A DNA stretch of 64,000 nt from Eledone cirrhosa (Eukaryota), in assembly GCA_964016885.1 (NCBI GenBank), contig OZ024749.1, forward strand, positions 39,370,001 through 39,434,000, given 5' to 3'. Every line of letters begins with the position of its first letter. Position 1 is the stretch's first letter. The position numbers and the translations under genes are program-made. The notes below the pieces were generated by a model. That model was not told the DNA's origin. It did not search any database and worked only from the letters and a program-made list of their open reading frames with translations. Below are positions 13,971 through 40,458 of the stretch, piece after piece.

Positions 13971-14804
13971 ATATATATATATATATAAATTGTTTCTACT
14001 TTTGGCACAAGGCCAGCAATTACCCAGTACATTACTGGTACTTTATTTTATCGACCCCGTAAGGATGAAAGGTAAAGTTAACCTTGGCTGGATTTGAACT
14101 CAGATCATAAAGGGTCGTAACTCTTTGCTGCAAAGCATGGCGTCTGACTTTTTACTGATACTGCCATAGTAATAATTGTTTCTACCTTTGACATAAGGCC
14201 AGCAATTATCCCAGTGTATTACTGGTACTTTATTTTATCGACCCCGTAAGGATGAAAGGCAAAGTTAACCTCGGCGACATTTGAACTCGGACCATAAAGG
14301 GACGTAACTATGCTAGAAAGCATGGTGTCCGATCCTCCACTGATACTGCCAGTAATAATAATAAATGTAAAGACTAAAATCCAAAGAGGGCTCGATAAGG
14401 ATAAATATATATCAAATATATAAGAACCCTAGAGCAAATATTTATTAAAATAACAGATTAAAGTTCAAGCAAAGAATCGCTGCTTTCACCCTTAACTGGA
14501 TCTTCTGAAACTCTGAGTATAAAAAAAATATATATATATGTAGTATTAAGGATACTATTTATGGTTATGTATATACTAAAACCTTTTATAGTTATATATA
14601 TTTTAAACCCTAAATAGTGAAAGACAGTAATTTATTACTACCTTATTACCAGTAAGATGAATAGCTCAATGTAACATCAGTTGTTTTACAGAGCAGTTAT
14701 ATAGAAATTACATGAATCAAAGTTCTGTTTAAATCATTTATTTGCTTACAATTGTTTCTTCCAAACAGAGGTTTGGAGTCTTCGGAGCAATTATTCAGTG
14801 ATTT

Positions 14805-14848
<44 letters not shown>

Positions 14849-15408
14849 TACTTGACCTCCTTTCCAACACAAGAGACATATAGAAACATATGTATATATT
14901 GACGCACAGTGGGTTGACATCCATATACTATATATATATGTATGTATGAGGTATTGCATGAGATACTGCAGAAAAAGAATTATATACACATACAGATAAA
15001 CCAGCTTAGGATTGCTGAAAACAAAGTAGTATTGTTTCTGCAATATCTCATGCATATTTTAGCATTGTCTTGGAGAGAGCCATTTTCATCAATCAAAGGA
15101 CTAACATGTGACCTGGTGTTTTTTCACAAATGAAAAGAACACTTTGGGATTGAGTTTGATTTTCTCAATGACCCATTTCTCCTCAGCTGTTCTTTGCTTT
15201 TGTTTTTTTTTTGTTGAAGATTATATATTTTTTATTTGAGCAGTGCAATAACAAATGTATGTGTTGTTGCTGGCAGTATTTTAGTTAGTTGATTTTTTTT
15301 TTTTTTTTTTTTTTTTTTGTAAATTCTTTTTATTTTTCTGATAATAGTTTTCTGTTTTGGGGAAAACTGCACTTAGTTTTGTTCACAGATCTATGTTTTA
15401 CAAATACA

Positions 15409-15450
<42 letters not shown>

Positions 15451-15571
15451 TTTAGACGGAGACAGTACTAGTCCTGTAGAAGCTCCTTCTATAAAATAAA
15501 AAAAATTTTACTCTGCCATGTATTGAGTACCTTACTTACTGTGGTTATCCCCGACTCAACCCGGGACCTAC

Positions 15572-15619
<48 letters not shown>

Positions 15620-15809
15620 CTACACACACACACACATGTATATATATATATATACACACATATATATATATATACACACATATATATATATATACACACA
15701 CACACACACGTGTGTGTATATATATATATACACACACACACGTGTGTGTATATATATATACACACACACACACCTGTGTGTATATATATATATATATACA
15801 CACACACAC

Positions 15810-15856
<47 letters not shown>

Positions 15857-15858
15857 TG

Positions 15859-15933
<75 letters not shown>

Positions 15934-17492
15934 TGTTATACATTGGGAGGATCATGCTTACAATAAAAGCACACACACCTATTGGGTTTCACTTCAATTT
16001 ATTATAATTTCCCAGTCGTTTGGTTTAATAACAATATGGTTCTTCCTTCATTGATTGTCAAACCTCTTTTATCACACATCCTCTGACCTCCTCAGTGACT
16101 ACATTTGTTGTTACTTTGTGTGTTTTCTTTGTTCTGTTTTACATCATCTTGTCTTTGTGAGCTGAATGTATGTGTATATGTATAAACTTAATGAATCAAA
16201 ACATAAAATGTTAGAATTTTGTGTTTCTCGATAAGCAAGCTCAATAGACATAATCGAGAGCCATAATAAATCAAATGAAAAAGTTATATGTATATACAGA
16301 GGAAACAGCGTATTGTATATATACTAAATACGTATTTCATGTATATGAATTTATGTTAGTATTCATATATGGGTCTGCATGTGGATGATTATAAAGCTGT
16401 ATATATATATGGTTTATTTTCTACAATATAACATGTTTGTTTTTAAACTGTATATGACTCTAACAAGCATGGTACAGCTTCAGCGATTGAAGCCATATCA
16501 ATTAGACTTCAATATTAAAGGTTTGCAGAATCGGTACACCATCGGACACCATGCTTTGCAGCACAGAGTTACGGCCCTTTGCGTTCTGAGTTCAAATCCC
16601 GTCGAGGTTAGCTTTGCCTTTCATCCTTACGGCGTCATACACTGTTCATTTTCCTGACATTTGTACATTATTCTATGTACTATACATGCACCTTTGATGA
16701 GTTGTAGTGCACCTGAGCACTGTACACAATAATTTCATTATTATTAAAGTATGAAAGATTACAACATTTCTACTGACATAAGTGCTATTATGGAAAGAAA
16801 TAAACAATTTCTAATAGAAATTAAAGATGAAGAAGCAGGAATATTTTCAGTTAACTATATCTGACGATTCAATTACTGCTAAGATATTTTCTCTGATTGT
16901 TGCTTAAATAGATAGGGTTAGGCAATGTGTTTGAAGCAGACCAGTAAGTCTGATAAGTGTTAACGTATTTAATGCTTGCAACATTAAAAGGCTTACTAAA
17001 AATAACTACATGCTAAATATTTTGTTGAAAGTTCTGATAAGCGAGAATCCAGTTTTCAATGTCGGTATGAATAGGTTAAATTTTCTTGGAACAATTATTT
17101 ATAAGCAACTAATCACTCCAATCTTTCTGCCTCACGCCCCCCCCCCCCTCCGAAGTGTGTGCATGTTTGTATACGTATGTATGTATGCGTATATATATAT
17201 ATATATACTCTATACACACACATATATATATGCATACACACACATATATGTATATATATATATATAACCAAAAGTTTAACATGGTTCATTGATTAATCAA
17301 TGAATAAAGTTTTACAATAGATTAGAAGCACTCAACAAAGGTTTTCTGGAGTTATTAATATTACTTCAAAATATTAATAAATATAGACATTCATGGGATC
17401 AAATATATTTTATTATACGTATTTCTCAGAAATATGTATAATAAAATATATTTGATCACATGAATGTCTATATTTATTAATATTTTGAAGTA

Positions 17493-17514
<22 letters not shown>

Positions 17515-17523
<9 letters not shown>

Positions 17524-17735
17524 TAACAGATTAAAGTTTAAGCAAAGAATCGCTGCTTTCACCCTTAACGGGATCTTCTGAAACGTTAAGGGTGAAAGCA
17601 GCGATTCTTTGCTTAAACTTTTATCTGTTATTTTAATAAATATTTGCTCTACGGTTCTTATATATTTGATATATATTTATCCTTATCGAGCTCTCTTTGG
17701 ATTTTAGTCTTCAAATTTATTATTATTACTATATA
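17515..17735. mobile_element. Asymmetric inverted-repeat insertion, family B (copies 14352-14520, 21270-21495; remnant about 32950)
   Basis: Near-identical inverted arms plus a one-sided ~90-nt tail between (TA)n tracts. Contains CAGAAGA-tccc gttaa gggt-GAAA. Confidence 0.75.
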
Positions 17736-17971
17736 TATTGGCAGTATCGGTAGCGGGTCGGTCGCCATGCTTTCCAGCATAGTTACGTCCCTTTACAATC
17801 TGAGTTCAAATCCCGCCAAGGTTGACTTTGCCTTTCATCCTTACGGGGTCGATAAAATAAAGTACCAGTAATGCACTGGGTAAATTGCTGGCCTTGTGCC
17901 TCAAGTAGAAACAATTACTATATATATATATATATATATATCCATTCCAATCTTTCTGTCTCTCACCCTCA

Positions 17972-18027
<56 letters not shown>

Positions 18028-18646
18028 GTCTCGAACCCGGAAGCTCATCAGGTCGGTGCTTATCCCAGTTTCTGTGGCATTAAGCGACTGAGAGTACACT
18101 ACACCCCCCCCCCCATCACGGACAGAACGCCAGTCCATCACAGGTTTGTTGCTGGTACTCATTTTCAGCTGAGTGGTAATACATCTAGGACCATGTTGAT
18201 AAGATCCAATAAGACTGAAACATGTCCCAGTCCACAAACAAAGGTCAGACTACCCACAAGCTGTGCTGGACTTAACTATAAACTGAATAAGCTATAGCTC
18301 AGGGTCACACCACCCTTGGAGGCCTCTTTTTTAAAAATATATTTTTATTTTGTCATTAGTTTTTAGTTTTTAACACTAAATCATCAAAAATTATATGTGT
18401 TATATGTAAAGGAAGGAAGAGTGCTCTATATACTGAGCATGTATAGAGCTATTTTATATATATATATATATATATATAGCCATACTCTACTACCCGAAAT
18501 ATCGAATACTCTGTTGAGTAATGGTCTAACTTGTTTTAAACTGGTTCTATCCTGATTATATATTTCCTATTACCCACTCTACTACCTCAAGTATTGAGTA
18601 CTTTGGTGCGTTATGGTCCACCTGGTTCCTTACCACATTTCCTTCG

Positions 18647-18683
<37 letters not shown>

Positions 18684-19932
18684 GTGTGTGGCTATATTAT
18701 ATATATATTTTTTATCAAAAACATTAAAAAAAAAAAAATATTTTTAGAGAAGGACCTCAAATTTCATATAGCACTTCGGCAGGTTAAAATCCGGCCTAGC
18801 CCCCAAGCACTTTATATATTCATATATGGTGTGAAATTTGACTTATTTAGCGTGGGTGAAAGAAAGGAATGGTCTTTTCAGATACATATATACATATTAA
18901 CGTATTAGAACCATAATTAGATTTGATAAGTAATTATAGATGCTGAGATATCAAGAATTTCGCTCCTTAATCATGAGGACATAGGTTGTATTCCACTCCA
19001 TGGCATCTCTAGCAACTATCTTTTATCAAAGTCTCTAATCGTGTGGACAGAAACTATGTTGAAGCTCGTTAGATGAATTCTCGTTGTAAGGTGCTACTAA
19101 TTAAGCTTGGTAATTACGTTAATAGTACACGTGTCTATGGCATACTCAGTCATTTACGCGTTAATTGAATCGTTATTGTGGTTGTTGTCTCTGTTTTGTA
19201 GCTGTTGTTCAACCCTAGGTCAGTTATCACTGAGAAAACCTATAGTAATTAAAATCATTGCAGTTATGAGCATTTCTTTTCTTTCTTTCTTTTTCTTATT
19301 TTGTTTTTCTATCCTTCAGAAAGAAAAGATGATCGTGGCTGCTATTTCTAGCATGTCAGTGAACCACATACAGGCATGTTGTTTTCACTAACCAAACAAC
19401 CCCAAAGTAAGAAAATAATAAATATTATATAACATCGTTGTTATATAATTATGAGCACGAGTAGAGGATATTTTCGAGAAAAAAAAATAGACATATAGAT
19501 AGATGATGGGTTATGCTATGTTAGTGCCACTGAGAGAGAGATATATAGAGAGATAGAGGGATAGAAAGGAATAGAGAGATAGAAAGAAAGGCAGATAGAA
19601 AGATAGATAGAGAGACAGAGAGAAATAAATGTTTGTGATGGAGATTTAAATAGGCAGATAGAGAGATAGGAAATAAAAAATGTTAGTGATGGAGAGAAGA
19701 ATATTTGGAGAAGGCGCTGCTGATTAATGTTAGCAGAGGAGAAAAGAAGAGTGGTTTATCAGGTGACGTAGAACAATCAGTTGTGGTGGTGAATCAGTTT
19801 AAGGAAGCAAGCATTAATTTCGAGTCACTGCTCTGTGTAGTGTGCAAGGATATATATATATATATATATATATTATTCTACGCAGTCGGACAATATTTAA
19901 CTAAGCTATCCCCTACTAAACAGCTGATAATC

Positions 19933-19982
19933 ATGAAGTCTTGTTTAACTAAGCTATGGCCATTTTCGCTCCGGACTTTAAG
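19933..19982 (+). CDS. Candidate alternative first coding exon 1a of malic enzyme (MKSCLTKLWPFSLRTL-R), mitochondrial presequence-like
   Basis: ATG 19933, donor AG|gtataa in phase 2 matching the exon-2 acceptor at 28066. Basic/hydroxylated peptide with no acidic residues. A possible acceptor (ttctacgcag) ends at 19885. Confidence 0.45.
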
Positions 19983-20194
19983 GTATAAAATACAATTTAT
20001 TAAACTTTTTTTATTCATTTCAGGAATGATACTTTATTTTTCGATCTCTTATCTTTTTCTTAGATAGCAGATTTTTTGGCGATCTTCCTGGCCATGACAA
20101 CTGTTTTGTAGTCAATGACAAACGTAAATAAATGCTGCATGACAGTCAAATTGTCAAAATATTTTCTGATAAACTATCTATGTAAATTCAGGTG

Positions 20195-20228
<34 letters not shown>

Positions 20229-20897
20229 CTTTTATACCGACACTTAATTAAAGATAACAATTTCATTTGACGCTGTATTTTCGATTTCTATACTTTTTAA
20301 CCCATTATTTATTGATGCAGTTGCTGATTTTCTGTTTTTTGGTTTCGTTTGACCGCGGTTTTTACAAAATGGTTATTTTTATCATATAATATCATGATCC
20401 ACTTGCTTATGAGATTAAGAACGGGTTAAAGAAGGTTATAGCGTCCCGTAACAAATAAAAAGAACAATGTTTATCAGAAATCGGCTTGTTGTTTAAGAGA
20501 AAAGGAAACATTTTGAAAAATTTGATCAAAATTATTTGAAAATATGTAATCGGAAAAGGCAAGTCGACTTAGTTGACCATAGATATGTACCTTCCTATTT
20601 TATTTTGTCCAATTTAAAAAATATTTATGTCTATACAACCACTACTACTACTACTACTAGTGATGTTAATTCTATTGTTGGTGGTGCTACTACTACTACT
20701 ACTACTACTACAGAATTCTGAAATATATAAATGTTTTTAAATGTTCATAAAACAATTAAAAAACATGCGTGCATTTATATATGTGTGTATATGTGTGTGT
20801 GTATGTGTGTGTGTATGTGAGTATATATTATGTCAGGGTCAAATAAACCATTATATGTATTTATATACACATACACACTATATATACATGTGTATTT

Positions 20898-20941
<44 letters not shown>

Positions 20942-21500
20942 ATCGACTTTCGTCAAATCGGACCGAGGAAATAATGTTTCCGTTGGTCTTTCCAGTTGCT
21001 AATATTATCTATCGGTCGCAATTCCAGGTAGAAGGAGCAACGTGAAATAAAGTGTCTTGCTCAAGGACATAACGCATCGCCCGGTCCAGGAATCGAACTC
21101 ACAATCTCACATATATATATATATATAATGTGTGTGATATATATATATATATATATATAAATATTCTCCATCGAGTGCTAAAACTACATTCCGGATTTGC
21201 ATTCGTTAGCTTAGCCGCAGCCTAAAGCTTCGTTAATGCTGTATTAAAATTTGTATATATATATATATAGTAATAATAATAAATTTGAAGACTAAAATCC
21301 AAAGAGAGCTCGATAAGGATAAATATATATCAAATATATAAGAATCGTAGAGCAAATATTTATTAAAATAACAGATTAAAGTTTAAGCAAAGAATCGCTG
21401 CTTTCACCCTTAACAGGATCTTCTGAAACAAAGAAGATCCCGTTAAGGGTGAAAGCAGCGATTCTTTGCGTAAACTTTAATCTGTTATTTTAATAAATAA

Positions 21501-21540
<40 letters not shown>

Positions 21541-22268
21541 TTGATTCCTTTTCTACTATATCAAGCGCTAAACTATTATATTTCTTCATTATACTGTGGT
21601 GATTGCTTATATTTATAACATTATAATCCCGGAACCTTCTACTTTTACTATTATAAAGTTGTACACATTTCGTTAAAGCTAGTTTCTCTGCGTGGGAGGG
21701 AAGCATATACTTATATATGCTATATTGGTAGTGCTTGTTAATTTTTTTTTATATATTCATATTATTTGACTATTTAACTTATGGTGGAGCTAATTAAATG
21801 AAGATAATCAAGAAACTAGTTGCAGTTGTCCTTGCTAGTCAATAACTCCTAAGTGTTCATTATCACCTCTAATATTTCTACTCCCCCTTTACGTCATCAC
21901 AGAAAATCCTTCTAACTGCGAACAAATGATTTTCTCTCCTGTTTCTTTAGCTCTATTTTAATGTTTTATTTTACACACCACACATTCTAATTGTGTTTGT
22001 AATTGTAACATCACAATTTTATCTTTGCAAAGCTCTTTTCTAAATAGTGTACAAACGGTGCAAAATGTCAATCTTGTTCGATTTAGCGCCTAATATAATT
22101 AAGGTTGAGCAGTACTTTGCTGGTAAAGTATATATTTCAACTTGTGTCATTTGATACGTTCGGTGGTTGTTTACTGTTTCACCTTACCATACTATCTGAT
22201 GATGCGTTAACAATAGGGCTGTCTGGATTTTTGGTTTCCAAGGTATTGATTTAGTTATTTATAGGAAA

Positions 22269-22342
22269 ATGTCAGCGTTTTCGGTTGTGGTAGGGCCAGA
22301 TCACACTAGAGCAGACAGCTTTAACGGTCCTACGAGTTTCAG
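22269..22342 (+). CDS. Candidate alternative first coding exon 1b of malic enzyme (MSAFSVVVGPDHTRADSFNGPTSF-R)
   Basis: aaaATG context, 24 codons + 2 nt, donor AG|gtgacc in phase 2 matching exon 2. Lies in a unique, CpG-retaining region. Confidence 0.55.
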
Positions 22343-22620
22343 GTGACCTACTACACTCAAGTTCTATTTCTTTTTTATTTTGTTCTGTTATTAACAGTAA
22401 ATCGTTTTATATTTGTTTTCATATAACAAATATATGATTAAATAAAAATACATATAATCAATTAATTATTAAGAACCTTATAAATACAACACTCAAACAT
22501 ATATAATCAAAGCAAGAAAAATAAAAACTCAATTCAACACAAGTATGTCAATGAGTCACACACCACAAGGGTCTTCGTAATTTTTTGAGGCAAGCCAACA
22601 TACTCGCAGCATTACTGCGG

Positions 22621-22673
22621 ATGATGGCGAGGCTAACAACCAAACACCCTCGGGGGCATCACCTAACACCTCG
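22621..22673 (+). CDS. Candidate alternative first coding exon 1c of malic enzyme (MMARLTTKHPRGHHLTP-R)
   Basis: ATG 22621, strong donor CG|gtaagg in phase 2, inside a CpG-rich island (22560-22760). Confidence 0.35.
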
Positions 22674-24245
22674 GTAAGGTGAGACGCTGACGATGACAAG
22701 AACTTCGCTATCAGCGATCTAGCTCCACCAAACGTTTCGAACGCCACAGGCTGGAGAAAATATTTATTTGATAGTTCCCGGTATAGTTACATCGAGATGT
22801 TTCATGAACACATAGTGTACATGTATTGAACAGAATGGACCTCCGTCGTTTTCGACAATGAGTGTTCCAGTTGATCGACCAACGGAGCTGTCTGCTCATG
22901 AAATCAACGTGTAAGTGGGTGAGCATTCCACAGTGCTCTTGGGACCTTCAGAACATACTCTAATTCACAATAATTCTAAGGCGTAGTTTCTAAATGTGAG
23001 GGTATACCTTTGAAAAGTAAGTGGGGTGACATAATTCATAATATATGAAAACATACACCTCTATGTTTATGTATATTTATAATAAATATAGATAAGTCTT
23101 GCTATGGGTATTTTAGGCTGTGATCATGTCACAGCTACCTCAACAAACGTTAAAATGCTAATTACTAGTATTTCAGGATCTTTATCGAACTTCAGTGTTG
23201 TTTGCTCACTTGGTACTGAAAGAAAATAAAGCCAATAGCTTTTGTTAGTACTATCATCATTGTTGTTAAATGTCCATTTTTCCATGCTAGCATGTGTTAG
23301 ACGAGTCAGATGACTGTGTCGTGCTCATACAGAACCATTTCTGGCATGGTTTTTATGGCTGGATGCACTTCCTAATGCCAACCATATTTACAGTATGTAC
23401 TAGGCACTTTTTCTTGTGGCACCAAAACAACAACTGTAATGTTTTTTTTCTGGCAATTTCAGAATCATCCTTTTTAATTTTCTAAATATTTTAGTGACTT
23501 ATTTAAAGCAAGTTTTACCAAATGGAGGATATTTTGATGCTACACACTTAATCATCATCATCATTTAACGTCTGTTTTCCTTGCTAGCTATTGTTGGACT
23601 TATGTTCACATTTATCAAATTAACATTTGCTTCTCTCAACATATGACAGTGACATCAATCAACAAGTTCTCATTTTCTATTTGTTCTGTTACAGTCTTCT
23701 GAAATTTGGGTATCATTTCCAGATGTTGAATGAATGTAGTTCAAAATATTTAAGCTTCAGGTCACCTGATTAAAGATATTCTAATACTTTCACATGATGT
23801 TCAGATGATTACATGGCATCTTTGAATCTCATTTGAACTATATCATCTTTCTTCACTGTCATTTAGTTCCAATTTTATCAAATTCGCAACAAAAACAAGC
23901 TGACTCATGTAATCTTTGAGAATAACTTCGGATATGATTTGTAGTATATATTCACCTCTAATTTCATCGATAAGCACACACAATTTCTTTATTTGAATTT
24001 TTGTTTAATATTGTCGTTTTATGTCTGTTTTCAAGAGTTAGTTTTATATATAAATTAATCTCTTTTTAGAAAGTTTCACTAAGGATTTGTTTTAACTGTT
24101 TGTACTCTTCACTTTCCAAGCTAATGGTAGACTTATTATCATTGTTGGTATGTTGATGGTTAATGCGACTATGGGATCAATGGAATGAGTCAGGAACAAT
24201 TAGTTGAGACAGTATAGTGAGATGACTGTGATAGAGGAAAGTAGA

Positions 24246-25295
24246 ACTGTAGATAGAGCAGAGGTTGTGGTGTGGTAGACTGCAGATAGAGCAGAGGTTG
24301 TGGTGTGGTAGACTGCAGATAGAGTAGAGGTTGTGGTGTGGTAGACTGCAGATAGAGTAGAGGTTGTGGTGTGGTAGACTGCAGATAGAGTAGAGGTTGT
24401 GGTGTGGTAGACTGCAGATAGAGCAGAGGTTGTGGTGTGGTAGACTGCAGATAGAGTAGAGGTTGTGGTGTGGTAGACTGCAGATAGAGTAGAGGTTGTG
24501 GTGTGGTAGACTGCAGATAGAGCAGAGGTTGTGGTGTGGTAGACTGCAGATAGAGCAGAGGTTGTGGTGTGGTAGACTGCAGATAGAGCAGAGGTTGTGG
24601 TGTGGTAGACTGCAGATAGAGCAGAGGTTGTGGTGTGGTAGACTGCAGATAGAGCAGAGGTTGTGGTGTGGTAGACTGCAGATAGAGCAGAGGTTGTGGT
24701 GTGGTAGACTGCAGATAGAGCAGAGGTTGTGGTGTGGTAGACTGCAGATAGAGTAGAGGTTGTGGTGTGGTAGACTGCAGATAGAGCAGAGGTTGTGGTG
24801 TGGTAGACTGCAGATAGAGCAGAGGTTGTGATGTAGCAGATTGTAGAGCAGAGGTTGTGGTGTGGTAGACTGCAGATAGAGCAGAGGTTGTGGTGTGGTA
24901 GACTGCAGATAGAGCAGAGGTTGTGGTGTGGTAGACTGCAGATAGAGCAGAGGTAGTGGTGTGGTAGACTGTAGATAGAGCAGAGGTTGTGGTGTAGCAG
25001 ATTGTAGAGCAGAGGTTGTGGTGTGGTAGACTGCAGATAGAGCAGAGGTAGTGGTGTAGCAGATTGTAGAGCAGAGGTTGTGGTGTGGTAGACTGTAGAT
25101 AGAGCAGAGGTTGTGGTGTAGCAGATTGTAGAGCAGAGGTAGTGGTGTAGCAGATTGTAGAGCAGAGGTTGTGGTGTGGTAGACTGTAGATAGAGCAGAG
25201 GTTGTGGTGTAGCAGATTGTAGAGCAGAGGTAGTGGTGTAGCAGATTGTAGAGCAGAGGTAGTGGTGTGGTAGACTGTAGATAGAGCAGAGTTTG
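24246..25295 (+). repeat. Minisatellite with 33-bp unit (actgcagatagagcagaggttgtggtgtggtag) and 29-bp variant
   Basis: About 1.05 kb tandem array in malic enzyme intron 1; it produces the 383- and 375-aa repetitive ORFs. Confidence 0.95.
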
Positions 25296-25653
25296 TGGAG
25301 TGAATGACTCTAGACATGAACTAAACATTCTGAGCAGCTTGAATGTTTCACTAGAAGTAAAATAATGTTATCTAGGTGACATAATTAATACTAATGTTAG
25401 ACCAATTAAATAGTAACTAGGAGTGATACAGATAAAGTTTGGAGAACTGTTAACAATAAAAAGGTTTTTCTCTCTCTCTCTCTTTCTTTCTCTTTCTCTC
25501 TCTCTCTATTAAAGTGTTAAACGATATTCAATGAGTATGTCAAAGAATGAGTTTTACAGTAGATTGGAAGCACTCTACGGAAAAATAATTTTCCGGAGTT
25601 ATTAATATTAAAATATAAATATTAATAAAATAGATGTTCTTTTGATCAATTAC

Positions 25654-25706
25654 ATTTTATTATACATATTTCGGATGTACAACAGTACGTCCTCATCAGA
25701 CAAAAT
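25654..25706 (-). ncRNA. Minimal type I hammerhead ribozyme (inverted partner of 25735-25787)
   Basis: On -: attttgt-CTGATGA-ggacgtac tgtt gtacatcc-GAAA-tatgta-TA-ataaaat. Confidence 0.82.
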
Positions 25707-25734
25707 ATAATGATACATGACATACATGTATCAT

Positions 25735-25787
25735 ATTTTGTCTGATGAGGACGTACTGTTGTATATCCGAAATATGTGTAATAAAAT
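25735..25787 (+). ncRNA. Minimal type I hammerhead ribozyme (sense strand of malic enzyme intron 1)
   Basis: attttgt-CTGATGA-ggacgtac tgtt gtatatcc-GAAA-tatgtg-TA-ataaaat. Stems I and II pair; stem III is minimal. Confidence 0.82.
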
Positions 25788-25827
25788 GTAATTGATCAAA
25801 AGAACATCTATTTTATTAATATTTATA

Positions 25828-25866
<39 letters not shown>

Positions 25867-25924
25867 TGATATTAAATTGATATCAGTTGTAAACATTTAT
25901 ATTTGATTTCCAACAAATTAAATA

Positions 25925-25984
<60 letters not shown>

Positions 25985-28065
25985 GCAAACATCACGGGCG
26001 CTCTATCTCAAAATTATTTTTGAAAAGCATTAGAAATGCGCAACCGGTAAAACTTAAAACCAAAACTGAATACTAACCAATACTATTACTAATTTTCACT
26101 TATTCCTAATTAAACTATTTTTCACTGTGAACAATTTGTCACCATTTTCTTTTTCCGTTTACCAATATATATATATATATATATACATACAGTGAAACAT
26201 TAACGTATAGCAGAGATGCACTGTAGGTGAAATGAAAGAATAATTAAGTATACTGGAGAGAAAGAAATTGCGTGAATATGGATATAAAATGACAATTGTA
26301 ATATACAGGGATCTCAAACCCAGGGACTCAAAAGGACCATTACATTCTATGAGAAGCATACCAGGCCAAAAGTGGGATGGTGAGGAGTACCATTATGTTC
26401 TGGGTTGGGGGACACAGCAGACCAAAAGGGAGAATAACATTACTCCAAAGACCATTTGGAGGAATCCCATTTTGATTGCATTCTTTCAGTCATTACCTAA
26501 GATTCATGACCTTAGGTAAGGGTTGGCATGAATACCAAATTGAATGGCTTGTAGTTCAGAACATTTATCAATCTAACTACAGAAATTATTTGCATTTATG
26601 TTTCTTTGTTATGTGTTAATCTAAAGAATTATGCTGTTACTTTCTATTGGTATGTTTTTATGTAGTCTTTTCATCATCATCATCATCATCATCATTTAAC
26701 ATCCGCTCCTTCTCCTACTGATCAAAAGACTACATAATGACTATATAATTTTTTAGATTAAAGCTTAACTGGAACCATCTCTTCTTCTTCACTTACTTAT
26801 TCCTGGTGGGGTCAAACACTCTTTCTAGCAAGTCCTGTCAGAAGCAACCATCTCCAACTGATCCGGCCAGATCCCCAAGTGGGACCAGCCATGCTCATGG
26901 ATGTTATCCAACCATCTTGCTCGGGGTCTACCCCTGGGCCTGTCCAGCGATTCTTTTCTGAGACATTCTAACCACATGTCCATAGTATTGGAGCTGTGAC
27001 CTCTCAATTTGGAGAAATAGCGGCTCTACCTAGAGTGGCTCTACCTAGAGTGGCTCTATGATCTCCGAGCTACACACTCTATCAAGTAATGTTACTCCAA
27101 AGACCCTTTGGAGGAACCCAATTTCACAATTGTATTCTTTGGATATTTGAAAGTCTTGGCTCTGAATTTCAGCATTTTTAGAAAGGATTTACACATACTA
27201 CTTGAGTTCAAATACACAATGCCAACAGTAATGGATGAAAAACAATGTTTTTAAAGATAAAAATATAATGTATTTAGCAAATGTCATATTTGAAAATATT
27301 TTGGTGACATTGAAAACAATTGAAAATATGTAAAACAATTTCCAAATATTTTCTTTTGGTATTATTTTGTTTATTTCACAGTAACTGGTGTTTCATGAAG
27401 GTATGTAGATAAGGTGATCTTAATGTCATCAGTTCGATTCTAGATGACACATGTTGGCCTTGAGCAAGACACTTTATTTCATTTTATTCAATTTAGCAGG
27501 AAAAAATGAGTTGTATCTGCCATTCAAAGGACCAGTTTTGTCACACCCTATCACATTGAATCTACCTGAGAACTATGTTAACCCTTTAGCATTTACATTA
27601 TATTTACTATTGTATTTTCATGTGACTATTTGAGGCAAATTTTTACAACTGGATGTTCTTCATGACACCAACCCCCTTAGTTGCTTCATACAACATGTAG
27701 GATACTATGCATACATACATGTCAAATATGTGAAAAATAAATCTTAAGAGATGATTGACTACAAATTGACAACCAAATGATGTTTTTCTTTATAAACCTC
27801 AACATGAGTTCCCTGGAAGTTATATCAAGGAGGAAAAATTACGTTTAAAGTGTTGACATGGATAATACTGCTCAAAAGATTATACTATACATTCTTCCAC
27901 TAAGGTACCAAATTATACAAAAGCTGCTGTTAAATTTGTCAAAAACTAAGAAAGTTTCACAGTAATATTGCATATATTTAGATTAATCCAATGTTTCATG
28001 TGAAAATATTTCCACTAAATCTTGACATAGATGTTTATTTATGGATTTCTATTATTTTGTTATAG

Positions 28066-40347
<12,282 letters not shown>

Positions 40348-40452
40348 TTATGTTATTAGTAATGTTTCTCTCTCGTGTAATGTCTCTTTAATTACTATTT
40401 TTGCATCTGACAACCATTTCCTTATTATTTTGTCTCCCATCGTGATTAAATT

Positions 40453-40458
40453 AATAAA
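40453..40458 (+). terminator. Probable polyadenylation signal of malic enzyme
   Basis: AATAAA about 105 nt after the TAG, immediately preceded by ATTAAA. Confidence 0.45.

Larger units (their letters stand above)
25555..25838. mobile_element. Asymmetric inverted-repeat insertion, family D (relative at 17320-17495)
   Basis: Arms of about 110-120 nt (25600-25722 and 25725-25835), tail gagtgcttccaatct on -, ends in (TA)n. Confidence 0.8.

Noticed and set aside
24177-25328. 383- and 375-aa repetitive ORFs; CRISPR-like periodicity
   Set aside because: Pure tandem minisatellite with no unique spacers and no cas genes, in a eukaryotic intron. The ORFs are open only because the 33-nt unit lacks stops.
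25980-26165. Further (TA)n-flanked insert as a hammerhead
   Set aside because: Probably a related pLTR tail, but it has no CUGANGA box or stems, so it is not called a ribozyme.
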